DNA of 61,449 nucleotides from Candidatus Caldarchaeum sp. (GCA_038844785.1 JAWBRA010000011.1:1-61449), one strand, 5' to 3'. Counted from the stretch's first letter, positions 21,377 to 31,835 are shown. Translations and numbers: made by a program. The notes: generated by a model not told the origin, from the sequence alone.

Positions 21377-22160
21377 TTAGGCGAGGTTCTCCCTAGCCCA
21401 GTCCAGAACGTCAAGCATGCCTCTTTTGATGTCGAACTTTGGAGAGAAGCCAAGCTCGTCCCTCGCCCTGCTGATGTCTGTCGGATACCTAGTTGGCCGC
21501 TGAACATCCTTTATTGCTATGTTGTCGAGCGGCTTTCTCAGCTCCGACCTGAGAACTTCATGCACTTCTCTGAGCGAGTTGACCACACCTGTGCCGATGT
21601 TGTAGACTCTGCTCGCCAGGTTTTTCGCATGGACCGCCAACACACATGCTTGTGCGGCATCCTTGACATGGAGCCACTCTGACCGATATTCCTCGACCGA
21701 TAAAGGCTCGTCCTTGAGCGCTGCTCTGCACATGTCTCTGATAACGCTCGCCAAACCCATAGTCCCCAGCCAGCCTCCGTAGACTGTCGGAAGCCTAAGC
21801 GCGACGAAATCCACGCCGTAAAGATGGTGGTAATTCATTCCCAGAAGCTCGCTGGCAAGCTTGGTCGTGCCGTAGACGCTGCCTGGAATCATCGAGTCAT
21901 CCTCCTTCACCAACCCGCTCGGCGGCGGGGCGTATTTGACGTAGGGGTTGAGCATTGTGTAGACGTTTCCGGAGCTGGTGTACACAACTCTCTTGGCGTC
22001 GGTCAGTCTAGCAGCCTCTAAGACGGTTGCGGTTCCCAGAACGTTAACCTTGAGGGCGTTCAACGGATTCTCTCTGGCTCCGGCTATCAGCACCGCGGCC
22101 GTGTGGATGATTGCCTCTGCGCCGTTGTCCTTCACGGCTTTGACGAGGCTCTCATGGTCG
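21377..22160 (-). pseudogene. 5'-truncated NAD-dependent epimerase/dehydratase
   Basis: HTAA, NVLGT, YTSS and YGTTK are retained but there is no N-terminal GxxGxxG; the frame hits a stop about 20 codons upstream of the ORF-track start, inside the divergent RraA gene. Confidence 0.7.
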
Positions 22161-22828
22161 ATAAAAAGATTGTCGAGGAGTTCAGCAAAATTCCCACTTC
22201 AAACGTCTCCGACGCCTTAGACAGGTTCAAGATAAAGGGAGGTTTGGAGGGAATAGTTCCAATCGTAGACGACGTCAGAATAGCGGGTACAGCTTTCACT
22301 GTCAGGTTCATCCCCGCCAGCCAGGTTGAGCTCAAGCCCTGGGTTACGTATGTGGATAAGGCCCAGCCCGGCGACGTCGTCGTGATAGATAATGGTGGCA
22401 GAACCTACTGCACTGTGTGGGGTGGGCTTCTCTCAGCTAGGGCTCGGGACATGGGCATCAGGGGGACGGTCATAGACGGCGTCTGCAGAGACATCGACGT
22501 TATCAGAGCTCTAAGATATCCTGTGTTCAGCAGGGGGAGGTTCATGATGACGGGCAAGGACAGGGTTCAGCTCGCGGGAATTAACGAGCCGGTGAGCATA
22601 GCTGGCGTGTTAGTGAAACCTGGCGACATAATTGTCGCCGACGACAGCGGCGTCGTCGTGGTTCCGCAGGAGAAGGCCGAGGAGGTTCTGCAAGCCGCGC
22701 TCGACATCTATGAGAAAGAGAGCAAGATACTCGAGGAGGTTAAGAGGGGGGTGCCGCTGGCTGAAGCCAGGGAGAAATACGGCTACGGCGAACTACAGCG
22801 CGCAAGGCCAACCAGCGGCAGGACGTAA
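22154..22828 (+). CDS. RraA family / HMG-CHA aldolase-like protein
   Basis: SNVSDAL, WGGL, VIDGVCRD and PGDIIVADDSGVV motifs; start at ATG 22154. Confidence 0.9.
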   Translation: MVDKKIVEEFSKIPTSNVSDALDRFKIKGGLEGIVPIVDDVRIAGTAFTVRFIPASQVELKPWVTYVDKAQPGDVVVIDNGGRTYCTVWGGLLSARARDMGIRGTVIDGVCRDIDVIRALRYPVFSRGRFMMTGKDRVQLAGINEPVSIAGVLVKPGDIIVADDSGVVVVPQEKAEEVLQAALDIYEKESKILEEVKRGVPLAEAREKYGYGELQRARPTSGRT

Positions 22829-22843
22829 AGGGACACTGCCTCG

Positions 22844-23134
22844 TCATTTCATCCCCAGAAACTGCACCAGATAGACCGTCAAGCTAAACAACCCGGTTTT
22901 TATTGCTAACGCAGTCAACGACGCCCTAAAGCCCTCAGGCGTTGGGATAACAAGCTCAAGCCTCACCCCATTCAACGTATGGAATCTCATCAAAACAACT
23001 TTCTCCCGGCAGCAGCCGTAGGACGGCCGGTGTACCAACAGGTAGATAACTTCGACAGCACGTGAAAAACTGGGCGCAGTCGTGTTTGAAAGAGCGCTCA
23101 CATAGCTTTCAAATGGGTTAGCCTCTTCCAGCAA
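22844..23134 (-). CDS. hypothetical protein or gene remnant
   Basis: 96-aa ORF downstream of the LLM gene; no recognisable motif. Confidence 0.3.
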   Translation of the reverse strand: MLEEANPFESYVSALSNTTAPSFSRAVEVIYLLVHRPSYGCCREKVVLMRFHTLNGVRLELVIPTPEGFRASLTALAIKTGLFSLTVYLVQFLGMK

Positions 23135-24011
23135 AATATGGGATTATTTTCCCCGCAATTAGCTTGATGGCTTCAACAGGTTGCTTGGACAGCGGATGGC
23201 CGTAGCATATATGGTCGGCTCCAGCCTCGACGAGCTTGGCCGTCTTCTCCAAAACCTGTTCCATGTCGCCGCAAACCGCAAAGCTTTCCAGCATTTTCCT
23301 TTCATTCTCCGGGTCGTCTGACCTTAGCTCTTCATACTTCAAGCCAGCGGCTGCAACCATAGGGGAGTCCCCGACTAGGTCTGGGAGATATTTCTTCAAC
23401 TCCTTCAAACACTCTGTCTCAACATCTTCCCCGTCCACAGAAATGCATGTGAACGGTCTTGCTACGAGCTGCAGGTCTCTCCTACCAGCTTGGTCTATTA
23501 CCTGACGCAGCCTTCTCACGTAGTCGGGGTTTGCAAGGTTGTCTACAACAATCGCTTTGACTGCTTGGCATGAGGCAGCGGTTTTCGCTAGCAGCGGCCC
23601 GCTGGTTCCCACATATATCTCCGGCTCTCCGCCCGTGGACCAAGTTATCCTGCGATATTCGTCGACAATTTTTTCCACGGTTTCGACAACCTCACGTAGC
23701 CGTGCCCTCTCTCCATCCGTGTAAGCGCCGCGTGAAACACCCAAAACACCCCCCGGAGAAATCGCATCCAACAAAGCTAGGAAGCGTGCGTTGGCTTTTG
23801 GACGGTACAGCCTTGCGGGAATTGTCACAGGCCCCAGCTTAAGCATTCTTACATGATATGCAACGCTGAAAGCAAGCGCCCACGCAGGCCTGTATGGCAC
23901 GTGCTCGTAGAACTGCAGCGAGTAAAAACCACGTCCATCCATCTGTGACGCAATTGCTAGATATGTTGCAAGCGGTTTATCGCCTTCAACTGCGACGCTT
24001 ACCCGAACCAT
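23118..24011 (-). CDS. luciferase-like monooxygenase (LLM) / Mer-like oxidoreductase
   Basis: KLGPVT, LDAISPG...LGVSRG and YVGTSGP motifs; C-terminal GADHI..GHPL. Confidence 0.75.
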   Translation of the reverse strand: MVRVSVAVEGDKPLATYLAIASQMDGRGFYSLQFYEHVPYRPAWALAFSVAYHVRMLKLGPVTIPARLYRPKANARFLALLDAISPGGVLGVSRGAYTDGERARLREVVETVEKIVDEYRRITWSTGGEPEIYVGTSGPLLAKTAASCQAVKAIVVDNLANPDYVRRLRQVIDQAGRRDLQLVARPFTCISVDGEDVETECLKELKKYLPDLVGDSPMVAAAGLKYEELRSDDPENERKMLESFAVCGDMEQVLEKTAKLVEAGADHICYGHPLSKQPVEAIKLIAGKIIPYFAGRG

Positions 24012-24073
24012 CTCCAACAAACATTTCCTCCCGGTACAAATCTTTACAGTATGCGGCAAAACCTTAAAGGCAT

Positions 24074-24480
24074 ATGGCCGGGAGCTTCGTTGACGTCGGC
24101 AGAACAGGTAATGGAACCGCTTTGTACGCATCCATGAAGGTTACAGGGTTAGGCTAAGAGACGTAAAGGATTGTGGAAAGGGTGAGGAGCAGAAAGCTTT
24201 GCGGAAAGCGTGGACTCTCGAGGAAAGCCTCCGTATTTTTGAGGACGAAAACATTTTAGACGAAAGAGCTGAAGACTTGCTGGCGGGAACAGAGCTGGTA
24301 GGGATTAGACGACTTGATGCTGAAGAAACTGGTTGAGCTGGGCTTTACCGGAATGGGTTCTGGAAAAGGCTGTATGATTACTCTGGCAAGGACGCGGTGA
24401 AGCTTAAGACTGAGAGAATGAGGGGGATGGTTCGACGGCTTGAAGAGCTGCGGCGGTCTGGCTCAAGTATTTTACGATGA
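24074..24480 (+). pseudogene. internally deleted, frameshifted 3-hydroxyacyl-CoA dehydrogenase remnant
   Basis: An N-terminal-like GYRVRLRDV...KALRKA..LEESL segment is joined within ~400 bp to a C-terminal-like LKKLVELGFTGMGSGKG/YDYSGKD segment, across frameshifts. Confidence 0.6.
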
Positions 24481-24488
24481 CGTGAGAG

Positions 24489-25856
24489 ATGGTTTACGTG
24501 AAGACTAAACTGGCGTGTACCCTCGGCCCCTCGCTGTCGTCTGTTGAAGACGTGACCAAAGCAATATCGCTCGGATGCAGGATTTTTAGGATAAACTTCA
24601 GCCATGGCGACCCTACGTTCTGGAGCAAGCTTGCGGAGGCTGTACGGGAGGCTGCTGAAAAAACCGGCGAAAACGTTGTCTTGATAGGTGATTTGAAGGG
24701 AGGCTCAGTGAGGGTTGCGGGTCTTGAAAAACCGATGACACTCAACGTAGGCGAAACGGTTGAGTTCCATCTCAACTCCCACGTCAAACTTCCCTATCCC
24801 GAGTTCTTCAAAACCGTTGAGGCCGGGGATACGCTGGTCACGGACGACGGTAGAGGGATGTTGAAAGTTGTTGCGAAAAGCGGATATTCAATCACAGCCG
24901 AAGCTGTCAGACCAGTCACCCTATCGCCCAACAAATCAATCGTCATCAGAGGCAAGGAAGTAGCAGCGTCTAAGTATTTGGAAACCAGTCGGAAGGAGCT
25001 TGAAGCCGCTGTCGAACTGGCCCTAGACTTCGTAGGCCTCAGCTTCGTAAGAAACGCGGAAGAAATACTCTCTGTCAGGAACTACCTAGACGGTATCAGC
25101 TCGAAGATGGGGTTGATAGCCAAGGTTGAAACCCCTTCATCGGTCAGGAACGTGGAGCAGATATGCGAGGTTTCCGACGCCGTGTTGATAGCCAGAGGCG
25201 ACCTTGGGATGCATTTCCCGCTCGAGATAGTTCCACGGCTGCAGAAAACCATAATCGAGGCTGCGTTCAAAGCCTGCAAACCCGTCATAGTGGCTACGCA
25301 GCTTCTCGGCACAATGGTTAACGAGCCTATTCCCTCAAGAAGCGAGATAGTCGATGTTATGTCATGCGTTGAAGATGGTGTTGACGTTTTGATGCTGACG
25401 GCTGAAACAGCCGTGGGCAAGTACCCGCTTGAATCAATCCAGTGGCTGGCCAACATAGCTGAAACCTATGAAAAAGCTGTCAAACCACGTAGAACTCTTC
25501 CATCAGATGCGGAGGTTGTGGACAGGTTCGCCCTAGCTGTAGTCAACCTCGCCGAATCCATAGCCGCTAAGATAGCCATATTTACGATGAACGGAAACAT
25601 GGCTCGTCGGATAGCTCGTTTCAAACCCGTGGGCGGTGTGATAGCGGCGACGTCAAGCAAGCATGTTATACCACGTCTGATGATAATGTGGGGTGTTGTA
25701 CCCCTATACCTGGAAGCGTACACGTATGCTCAAGGGCTTGAAATGCTTGAGATGAGGCTGGAGGAAGTCGGTTTAGCTGAGAAAGGAGACACATATGTGC
25801 TGACCTACGGGCTTATCAAAGAACCCGTCCACATAGTAAAAATGAAAAGATACTAG
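24489..25856 (+). CDS. pyk: pyruvate kinase
   Basis: TLGPS, RINFSHG, AKVE, ARGDLG, ATQ and ETAVGKYP motifs. Confidence 0.95.
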   Translation: MVYVKTKLACTLGPSLSSVEDVTKAISLGCRIFRINFSHGDPTFWSKLAEAVREAAEKTGENVVLIGDLKGGSVRVAGLEKPMTLNVGETVEFHLNSHVKLPYPEFFKTVEAGDTLVTDDGRGMLKVVAKSGYSITAEAVRPVTLSPNKSIVIRGKEVAASKYLETSRKELEAAVELALDFVGLSFVRNAEEILSVRNYLDGISSKMGLIAKVETPSSVRNVEQICEVSDAVLIARGDLGMHFPLEIVPRLQKTIIEAAFKACKPVIVATQLLGTMVNEPIPSRSEIVDVMSCVEDGVDVLMLTAETAVGKYPLESIQWLANIAETYEKAVKPRRTLPSDAEVVDRFALAVVNLAESIAAKIAIFTMNGNMARRIARFKPVGGVIAATSSKHVIPRLMIMWGVVPLYLEAYTYAQGLEMLEMRLEEVGLAEKGDTYVLTYGLIKEPVHIVKMKRY

Positions 25857-25964
25857 CTGATAATGGAATTGGATGAGGATGACGCGACGTTGGATGAGAT
25901 ACCGCTGGCATACTGATAAGAAGTTGCCAACATCGAATATGCACGTAATAGAAACTTCGCGACT

Positions 25965-26208
25965 TCAGATATTTTCCGCCAATTTTTCTAGCCTGTGATG
26001 CGTCTCATGGCCTATTTCATGGTGTTCGATATGTTCATAGCATTCCACGTTTTTTCTTTCGTCCACGGGCGTCACGCTTTCACCCATGGGAAAGAACACA
26101 TGATTCTCCTTCGCTATATGCTGCTTAATCAGGCTTATGTATTCGTCGCAGACGTCTAAAATCTCTTTAAACCCCTCTCCTTGCTGAACATATCTCTGTA
26201 AGGCGTTT
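25965..26208 (-). pseudogene. C-terminal half of a hemerythrin (HHE) domain protein
   Basis: YISLIKQHIAKENHVFFPM motif; no N-terminal HHE half and no plausible start. Confidence 0.6.
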
Positions 26209-26209
26209 T

Positions 26210-26606
26210 CCTTGCTGGGCTTGCTGAGAGGGATGCTGTCCGTTATAGATATTTCACAATAGTGTTTACGGTTGCTGGGCTGTGGTTGCTGGCTGGGCTT
26301 GTTTTCAACTTGTTTCAAGCTCTATCAGGCGGGTTTGTTTTCCGTGACGCTTACATACACAGCGTAGCCGTCGGGTTTCCGGGAAACATGATAATGGCTT
26401 ACGTACCAATTCTTCTCCCACCACTTATTAGCAAGAAAACTCCCTACAGAGGTCTGTCCTTAGCGCCCGCCATACTTGTCAACCTAGGCAATTTATGGCG
26501 GGTCGCAGCTTCAGCGTTATCGGGACTTGCTCAAGCCTACCTCTCAGGTTTGCTTATGTTGGCTGGATTAGCTTGGTTCGTGATCATAGTTCATAGACTT
26601 CGTTAA
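26210..26606 (+). pseudogene. C-terminal fragment of a multi-pass membrane protein (NnrS-like)
   Basis: DAYIHSVAVGFPGNMI motif and 4 TMs; the frame runs back into the hemerythrin remnant, so the N-terminus appears to be lost. Confidence 0.5.
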
Positions 26607-26615
26607 CTGCCGGTG

Positions 26616-27617
26616 CTATTTTCCTTCCTGTAGGTCTTCGACGCCTTTCTCAGTGATTTTGAAGTATGCTTCGGCCGTGGGCGGGTGGTAGGGGCTGTCT
26701 ATGATTCTGGCTAGGCGGGTGTTGTTGGCCGCTCGACGGAGGAATATCCTGTACGTGCTGCTGTGGGCTAGGATATGGCCTCCGCTGGGTTTGTTGGGGT
26801 CGCCGAAGAACTGGTCGGGGTTGGCCTGCACCTGGTTTGTGACGACGACGGCGATGTTGTGCATTTGAGCAGTCCGAAGCAACCTGTGAAGAAGGTCGTT
26901 AAGCTTCTGCTGTCTCTCAGCCAACGTGCCGCGGCCCACATACTCAGCCCTAAAATGCGATATGACAGAGTCCACCACCACAAGCCTCGCCCTGTATTTC
27001 TCGATGTACTTTCCCAGCTCTTTCACGGTGAGCTGGAGATGGCTGGAGTTGTATACGCTGGCGAAGATGACGTTTTCCAAAACCTTCTGAGGGTCTAAGC
27101 CCCGTGCCTCCGCTATCTGGCTTATTCTTTCAGGCCTGAACGTCGCCTCCGTGTCGATGTATATTGCTGTGCCTTCAAGACCTCCCCGCTCCCGTGGAAG
27201 CTGAGCCGTCACGCATAATGTATGGCATATCTGGGTCTTTCCGCTTCCATACTCGCCTATCAGCTCGGTTATCGCCTGCGTCTCCACACCTCCGCCCAGC
27301 ATGGAGTCCAAGGCCTTAGAGCCAGTAGTCAGCCTTTGCATCACCCTCCTCCTCTCCAAGACCTCGGTTGCGGGGATGAACTCTCTGTCGAGGAAGCCGC
27401 TCTCGATGAGCAGCAGCCTAGCCTTGAGGCAGAGCTCCTCAGCCTTCTCAGCGCTCAACCCTATCTCAACAAGCTCTCGGGGCGTGGCTGCGGCCAGGTC
27501 CAGGACGCTGGTTATTCCTGCGGCGTTGAGCTTCTCCTCCGTCGCCTTACCAACCCCCTCAATGCTCTGGAGGTCAAAGACATCCAGCTCTTTTTCAGCC
27601 GTTTTCTTAGACACCAT
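26616..27617 (-). CDS. radA: DNA repair and recombination protein RadA
   Basis: N-terminal HhH domain; GEYGSGKTQ, YIDTE, FRAEY.GRG.LAERQQ and TNQV motifs. Confidence 0.96.
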   Translation of the reverse strand: MVSKKTAEKELDVFDLQSIEGVGKATEEKLNAAGITSVLDLAAATPRELVEIGLSAEKAEELCLKARLLLIESGFLDREFIPATEVLERRRVMQRLTTGSKALDSMLGGGVETQAITELIGEYGSGKTQICHTLCVTAQLPRERGGLEGTAIYIDTEATFRPERISQIAEARGLDPQKVLENVIFASVYNSSHLQLTVKELGKYIEKYRARLVVVDSVISHFRAEYVGRGTLAERQQKLNDLLHRLLRTAQMHNIAVVVTNQVQANPDQFFGDPNKPSGGHILAHSSTYRIFLRRAANNTRLARIIDSPYHPPTAEAYFKITEKGVEDLQEGK

Positions 27618-27685
27618 CTCCCCTGCCGAGCTATGTCTTTCTGAAGGTTATAAACTGTGGAGGCCGGGGCGCAGGGGGGAGGGGG

Positions 27686-28318
27686 TCAGACAGCCTCAGC
27701 CACCGTTATACGGGGCCCAAGCGCCCGACGCAACGCCTTGACAATGGAGAAACACAAGGGGATTAGGTAGGCGCTGGCTATGGCGTTGAACAGCGCGGTC
27801 AAACCCGTCACGAGCAAAGCAACAGTCAGGTCGGAGTTAACTACGTAGCCAGCGGCTGTGAGGACTTTGCGTCCAAAAGGCAGGTAAACCGACGGAAACA
27901 ACAGGTAGTAGAGGGCGAAGGTTATCGGAGCCATGACGCCCGCACGGGTGAGCACGGCCGCCGCCGTGGGAAGGAGAACGCCTCCGCGGCCAAACTTTCT
28001 CAAAGCCTTCAAACCCAGCCATATCCCGAGAAACGTGGCCAGCACCGCTGTGAGCTTCATCAGCTGAGGTATCGGCGGAGGCGCAAAGGCACCCGTCGCG
28101 GTCAAGACAAGCGCATACCAGTGGGCTAAAGCCGTCGCAACACCGTATTTCCAGCCGAAGATTAGAAAGGATAGGACGTCGGGTATCTCGGCCAAGTCGA
28201 AACGAAGGAAGGGCAGGAGTGGGAAAGGTATGCTGGCGGGAGCTAGGCCCATCACGTAAGCCAGGGCAGCTAACGACGAGGCTCCAGCAATCTTTCTACT
28301 ACTTTTCATGCTGATCAA
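27686..28318 (-). CDS. ECF transporter S component
   Basis: PFLRFDLAEIP motif (RibU-like) and about 6 TMs. Confidence 0.75.
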   Translation of the reverse strand: MISMKSSRKIAGASSLAALAYVMGLAPASIPFPLLPFLRFDLAEIPDVLSFLIFGWKYGVATALAHWYALVLTATGAFAPPPIPQLMKLTAVLATFLGIWLGLKALRKFGRGGVLLPTAAAVLTRAGVMAPITFALYYLLFPSVYLPFGRKVLTAAGYVVNSDLTVALLVTGLTALFNAIASAYLIPLCFSIVKALRRALGPRITVAEAV

Positions 28319-28379
28319 GTAAAAAAATCTTGTATATAAATTTGAGAAAATTTGATGCTAAGTTCACCAAAAAGTAAAC

Positions 28380-28682
28380 TTATCTCATCGCGACAAACTC
28401 CTGGCCTAGAGCAACCGCCTTCTCGAAGAGCGTAGGCGACTTTAGGGCTATGACACGGGACCTACCGACCTCATAGATGGTGACGAGACCGGCTTTTTCG
28501 AGCGTTTTAACATGTTTGTAAGCTAGGGTGTACCGTGTTTTTGTGATTTTTGCGACGGCTTTTATGTGCAGCGGCCTGTCGCTGGCCGAGACTATTGACA
28601 GAATCTTAAGGCGGAGAGGGTTTCCCAAGGCTGAGAAGACGGCTGCAATGTCTTCAAGCTCCTTATCCTGACCCTTCTCCAT
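28380..28682 (-). CDS. ArsR family transcriptional regulator
   Basis: FSALGNPLRLKIL...HVKTLEKAGLV. Confidence 0.88.
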   Translation of the reverse strand: MEKGQDKELEDIAAVFSALGNPLRLKILSIVSASDRPLHIKAVAKITKTRYTLAYKHVKTLEKAGLVTIYEVGRSRVIALKSPTLFEKAVALGQEFVAMR

Positions 28683-28732
28683 CGACGGAATTATTTGTTA
28701 CACCTAAATGTAAACATTTTATGCTGAAAAAG

Positions 28733-31453
28733 TTAACGCATAAGCTGCCTCAAGACATACTGGAGGATGCCGCCGTGCCTGTAGTACTCCACCTCTATTC
28801 CAGTGTCAAGACGCGCTGTCACGGTGAAAGATGTCTCGTTTCCGCTGCTGTCGACGGCTTGGACGGTGAGCTTCTTCTTTGGACGGAGGCCTTCGGCGAT
28901 TCCTTTGATGTGGTATGTTTCCGTCCCTTTCAAGCCCAGCTGACGCCATCCCTGCCCCTCTTCAAACTGGAGGGGAAGAACACCCATTCCAACAAGGTTG
29001 CTCCTGTGTATCCTTTCAAAGCTCTCCGCTATCACGGCTCTCACGCCCAGCAGACGCGTCCCCTTAGCAGCCCAGTCCCGTGAGCTGCCGGCCCCATACA
29101 TCTTTCCAGCCAAGATTATAAGGGGCGTCTTCTCGCTAGCGTAGCGCATCGCAGCCTCATATATCGTTGTTATCTCGCCTGTCGGATGGTGGACCGTCCA
29201 CCAGCCCTCTCTCCCCTCAACCAGATAGTTCTTGAGCCTTATGTTGCCGAACGTCCCTCTTATCATGACTTCATGGTTGCCGCGGCGGGCTCCGTAGGTG
29301 TTGAACTCGGCGGGAGGCACTCCCCTCTCAATCAAGTATTTTCCCGCAGGGCTGTTGGACGGTATCGCTCCAGCCGGGGAGATGTGGTCGGTGGTGACCC
29401 TGTCTCCCAGCAGCGCTAAAACCCTTGCGCCGATTATGTCGTCTACAGGCTCTGGCTGAAGGCCTAAGCCCTCGAAATAGGGAGGCTCCCTTATGTATGT
29501 TGAGGATAGGTCCCATTCGAAAACCGTTCCGGACGGCGCTCTGAGAGCCTCCCACCTCTCCTCGCCCTTCAAAACGTCCGCATACTTCTTTATGAAAACC
29601 TCAGGGCTTATCGCCTTCGCAACAGCTTGTTTAATCTCGTCCAAGCTCGGCCAGATGTCTTTTAGGTAGACTGGTTTTCCGTCGGATGTGTAGCCCAGCG
29701 GCTCGGTGAGCATGTCAAAATCGATGCGGCCCGCTATACCGTAGGCTACTACTAGCATGGGCGACATGAGGAAGCTTGCTCTGACAAAAGGGTTAATCCT
29801 TCCCTCGAAGTTCCTGTTTCCGCTCAGAACAGCAGCCGTGTAAAGGTTTTTGGACCTGATGGCCTCAGCCACGTTTTCCGGCAGAGGACCGCTGTTTCCT
29901 ATGCATGTGGTGCAGCCGTATCCTACGAGATAGTAGCCGAGATTCTCGAGATAGGGCATGAGCCCCGCCTTCACAAGATACTCTGTGACAGCCATAGAGC
30001 CTGGGGCTAGGCTTGTTTTGACGTAGGGTTTTGTTGAAAGGCCTTTCTCAACGGCTTTTTTCGCAAGCAGCCCAGCCCCAACCATTACAGAGGGGTTGGA
30101 AGTGTTTGTGCAGCTTGTTATGGCCGCTATGACAACCGCCCCGTGGCTTACCTCGTCAGCTTTCTCCACACCAGTTGCTGACTTTGACTGCTGACGTGGT
30201 CCTCCACCCTCGTAATACCATGCGTTATCCGTGCTCTGGGTTTTCACACCAGTCTGCTGTAGGTATGTTTTGATAAGCTCCTGAGCTTTCTTTTTCGCCT
30301 CACGTAAAGGTATCCTGTCTTCTGGGTTTGCCGGCCCGGCTATCGAAGGCTCTATCGTGGATAAATCCAGCTCGATGAGCTCTGTGTATTCAGGGGTTGT
30401 TGAAGGGTCGTAGAACAGGCCCTGAAGCCTTGCGTAATGTTCGACAAGCCTGACGTGGTGCTCAGGCCTTCCCGTCAGCCTCAGATAGTTTAGGGTTTCT
30501 TCGTCGATTGGGAAATAGCCGACTGTGGCACCGTATTCTGGAGCCATGTTGGCTATCGTTGCTCTGTCGGGCACGCTCAGCTTTGAAAGGCTGGGTCCGT
30601 TGAACTCGACAAACTTTCCCACGACGCCATGTTTTCTCAGAAGCTCTGTTATTGTTAAAACAAGGTCTGTTGCGGTTGTTCCCTCTGGAGGGTCGTTCAC
30701 AAGCTTTACACCAACTACTGCGGGTGTGGGCATGTAGTATGGCTGCCCAAGCATAACGGCCTCAGCCTCTATCCCACCCACACCCCATCCCAGCACGCCA
30801 ACACCGTTAACCATAGGTGTGTGAGAATCTGTGCCGAGAACCGTGTCGGGGAAGGCTGTCAAACCATCTTCACCCGGCCTCACGTCTACGACCTTAGCCA
30901 AGTACTCGAGGTTGACCTGATGGACTATGCCCCGGCCGGGCGGCACAACCCTAAAGTTCTTAAATGCGTGCTGAGCCCACTTCAAGAAAGAATACCTTTC
31001 AACGTTTCTTTCAAACTCCTTCGTCAGATTGAGCGAGAAAGCTTCAGGCAAGCCGAAGTAATCCACCTGAATCGAGTGGTCTACCACAAGGTCTACAGGT
31101 ATGCTGGGGTTTACCTTGGACGGGTCTCCGCCAATTCTCTGCATGGCAGACCTCATGGCCGCCAGGTCCACCAGAGCGGGGACTCCTGTAAAGTCTTGCA
31201 GCAGGACACGGGTAGGCTTGAAAGGTATTTCTCTGTCCCCTCCATTTTTGTACGAAGCTGCTGTTTTAACGTCTTCGTCTCCGATGATGCTGCCGTCTAT
31301 GTTTCTTAAAACGTTCTCGACGAGAATTTTAATGCTGTAGGGTAGTTTAGAAAGCTGCAGCAAGCCTTCTTCCTCAAGCCTTCTGAGCGAAAAGTATGTG
31401 TATGTCTCACCGTCCAGCTTGAACCTGCTCAAAGCTTTGTTTTTAAGCGACAT
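28733..31453 (-). CDS. acnA: aconitate hydratase A
   Basis: LQDFTGVP, DHS, GTDSHT, ITSCTNTSN, GCTTCIGNSG and GSSRDWAAK motifs. Confidence 0.97.
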   Translation of the reverse strand: MSLKNKALSRFKLDGETYTYFSLRRLEEEGLLQLSKLPYSIKILVENVLRNIDGSIIGDEDVKTAASYKNGGDREIPFKPTRVLLQDFTGVPALVDLAAMRSAMQRIGGDPSKVNPSIPVDLVVDHSIQVDYFGLPEAFSLNLTKEFERNVERYSFLKWAQHAFKNFRVVPPGRGIVHQVNLEYLAKVVDVRPGEDGLTAFPDTVLGTDSHTPMVNGVGVLGWGVGGIEAEAVMLGQPYYMPTPAVVGVKLVNDPPEGTTATDLVLTITELLRKHGVVGKFVEFNGPSLSKLSVPDRATIANMAPEYGATVGYFPIDEETLNYLRLTGRPEHHVRLVEHYARLQGLFYDPSTTPEYTELIELDLSTIEPSIAGPANPEDRIPLREAKKKAQELIKTYLQQTGVKTQSTDNAWYYEGGGPRQQSKSATGVEKADEVSHGAVVIAAITSCTNTSNPSVMVGAGLLAKKAVEKGLSTKPYVKTSLAPGSMAVTEYLVKAGLMPYLENLGYYLVGYGCTTCIGNSGPLPENVAEAIRSKNLYTAAVLSGNRNFEGRINPFVRASFLMSPMLVVAYGIAGRIDFDMLTEPLGYTSDGKPVYLKDIWPSLDEIKQAVAKAISPEVFIKKYADVLKGEERWEALRAPSGTVFEWDLSSTYIREPPYFEGLGLQPEPVDDIIGARVLALLGDRVTTDHISPAGAIPSNSPAGKYLIERGVPPAEFNTYGARRGNHEVMIRGTFGNIRLKNYLVEGREGWWTVHHPTGEITTIYEAAMRYASEKTPLIILAGKMYGAGSSRDWAAKGTRLLGVRAVIAESFERIHRSNLVGMGVLPLQFEEGQGWRQLGLKGTETYHIKGIAEGLRPKKKLTVQAVDSSGNETSFTVTARLDTGIEVEYYRHGGILQYVLRQLMR

Positions 31454-31499
31454 TTGCCGCTAAAGTCTACGCAGCATCCTAGCTATTAAATTAAGACGG

Positions 31500-31835
31500 C
31501 TATCTAGCGATCCTTTCCTGCTGCTTTTTGAGGATGTCTTCAAGCGTGTATGTTTCTGGGGGAGGTGCTGCCTTGAACGTGGTCCTCTCTTCGACAACCA
31601 CTTGCAGTAGAGAAGTTTTCAACACTTTCTCAAGCCTTTTGACAAGGTCTAGGGGAGGGTTGAACTCGCCTTGCTCAATTTTCTTGATGATTGTTTCTTT
31701 GGTTTGGACTAGGTTTGCAAGCTCGCTCTGCGATAGCCCCAGTTTCTCCCTCTCCCTCCTAACAACCTGCCCAAGGTCGTCGATGTACTCATACTCTATC
31801 TCAACATCCTTTCTAACCCGAGCAGGTTTTACCAT
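31500..31835 (-). CDS. MBF1-like HTH protein (no N-terminal Zn ribbon)
   Basis: YIDDLGQVVRREREKLGLSQSELA...KIEQGE...LEKVL and C-terminal TLEDI. Confidence 0.82.
   Translation of the reverse strand: MVKPARVRKDVEIEYEYIDDLGQVVRREREKLGLSQSELANLVQTKETIIKKIEQGEFNPPLDLVKRLEKVLKTSLLQVVVEERTTFKAAPPPETYTLEDILKKQQERIAR

Noticed and set aside
25860-25920. Possible C/D box sRNA (GGATGA...CTGA) after pyk
   Set aside because: No clean RUGAUGA box or D'/C' pair, and a target cannot be verified.
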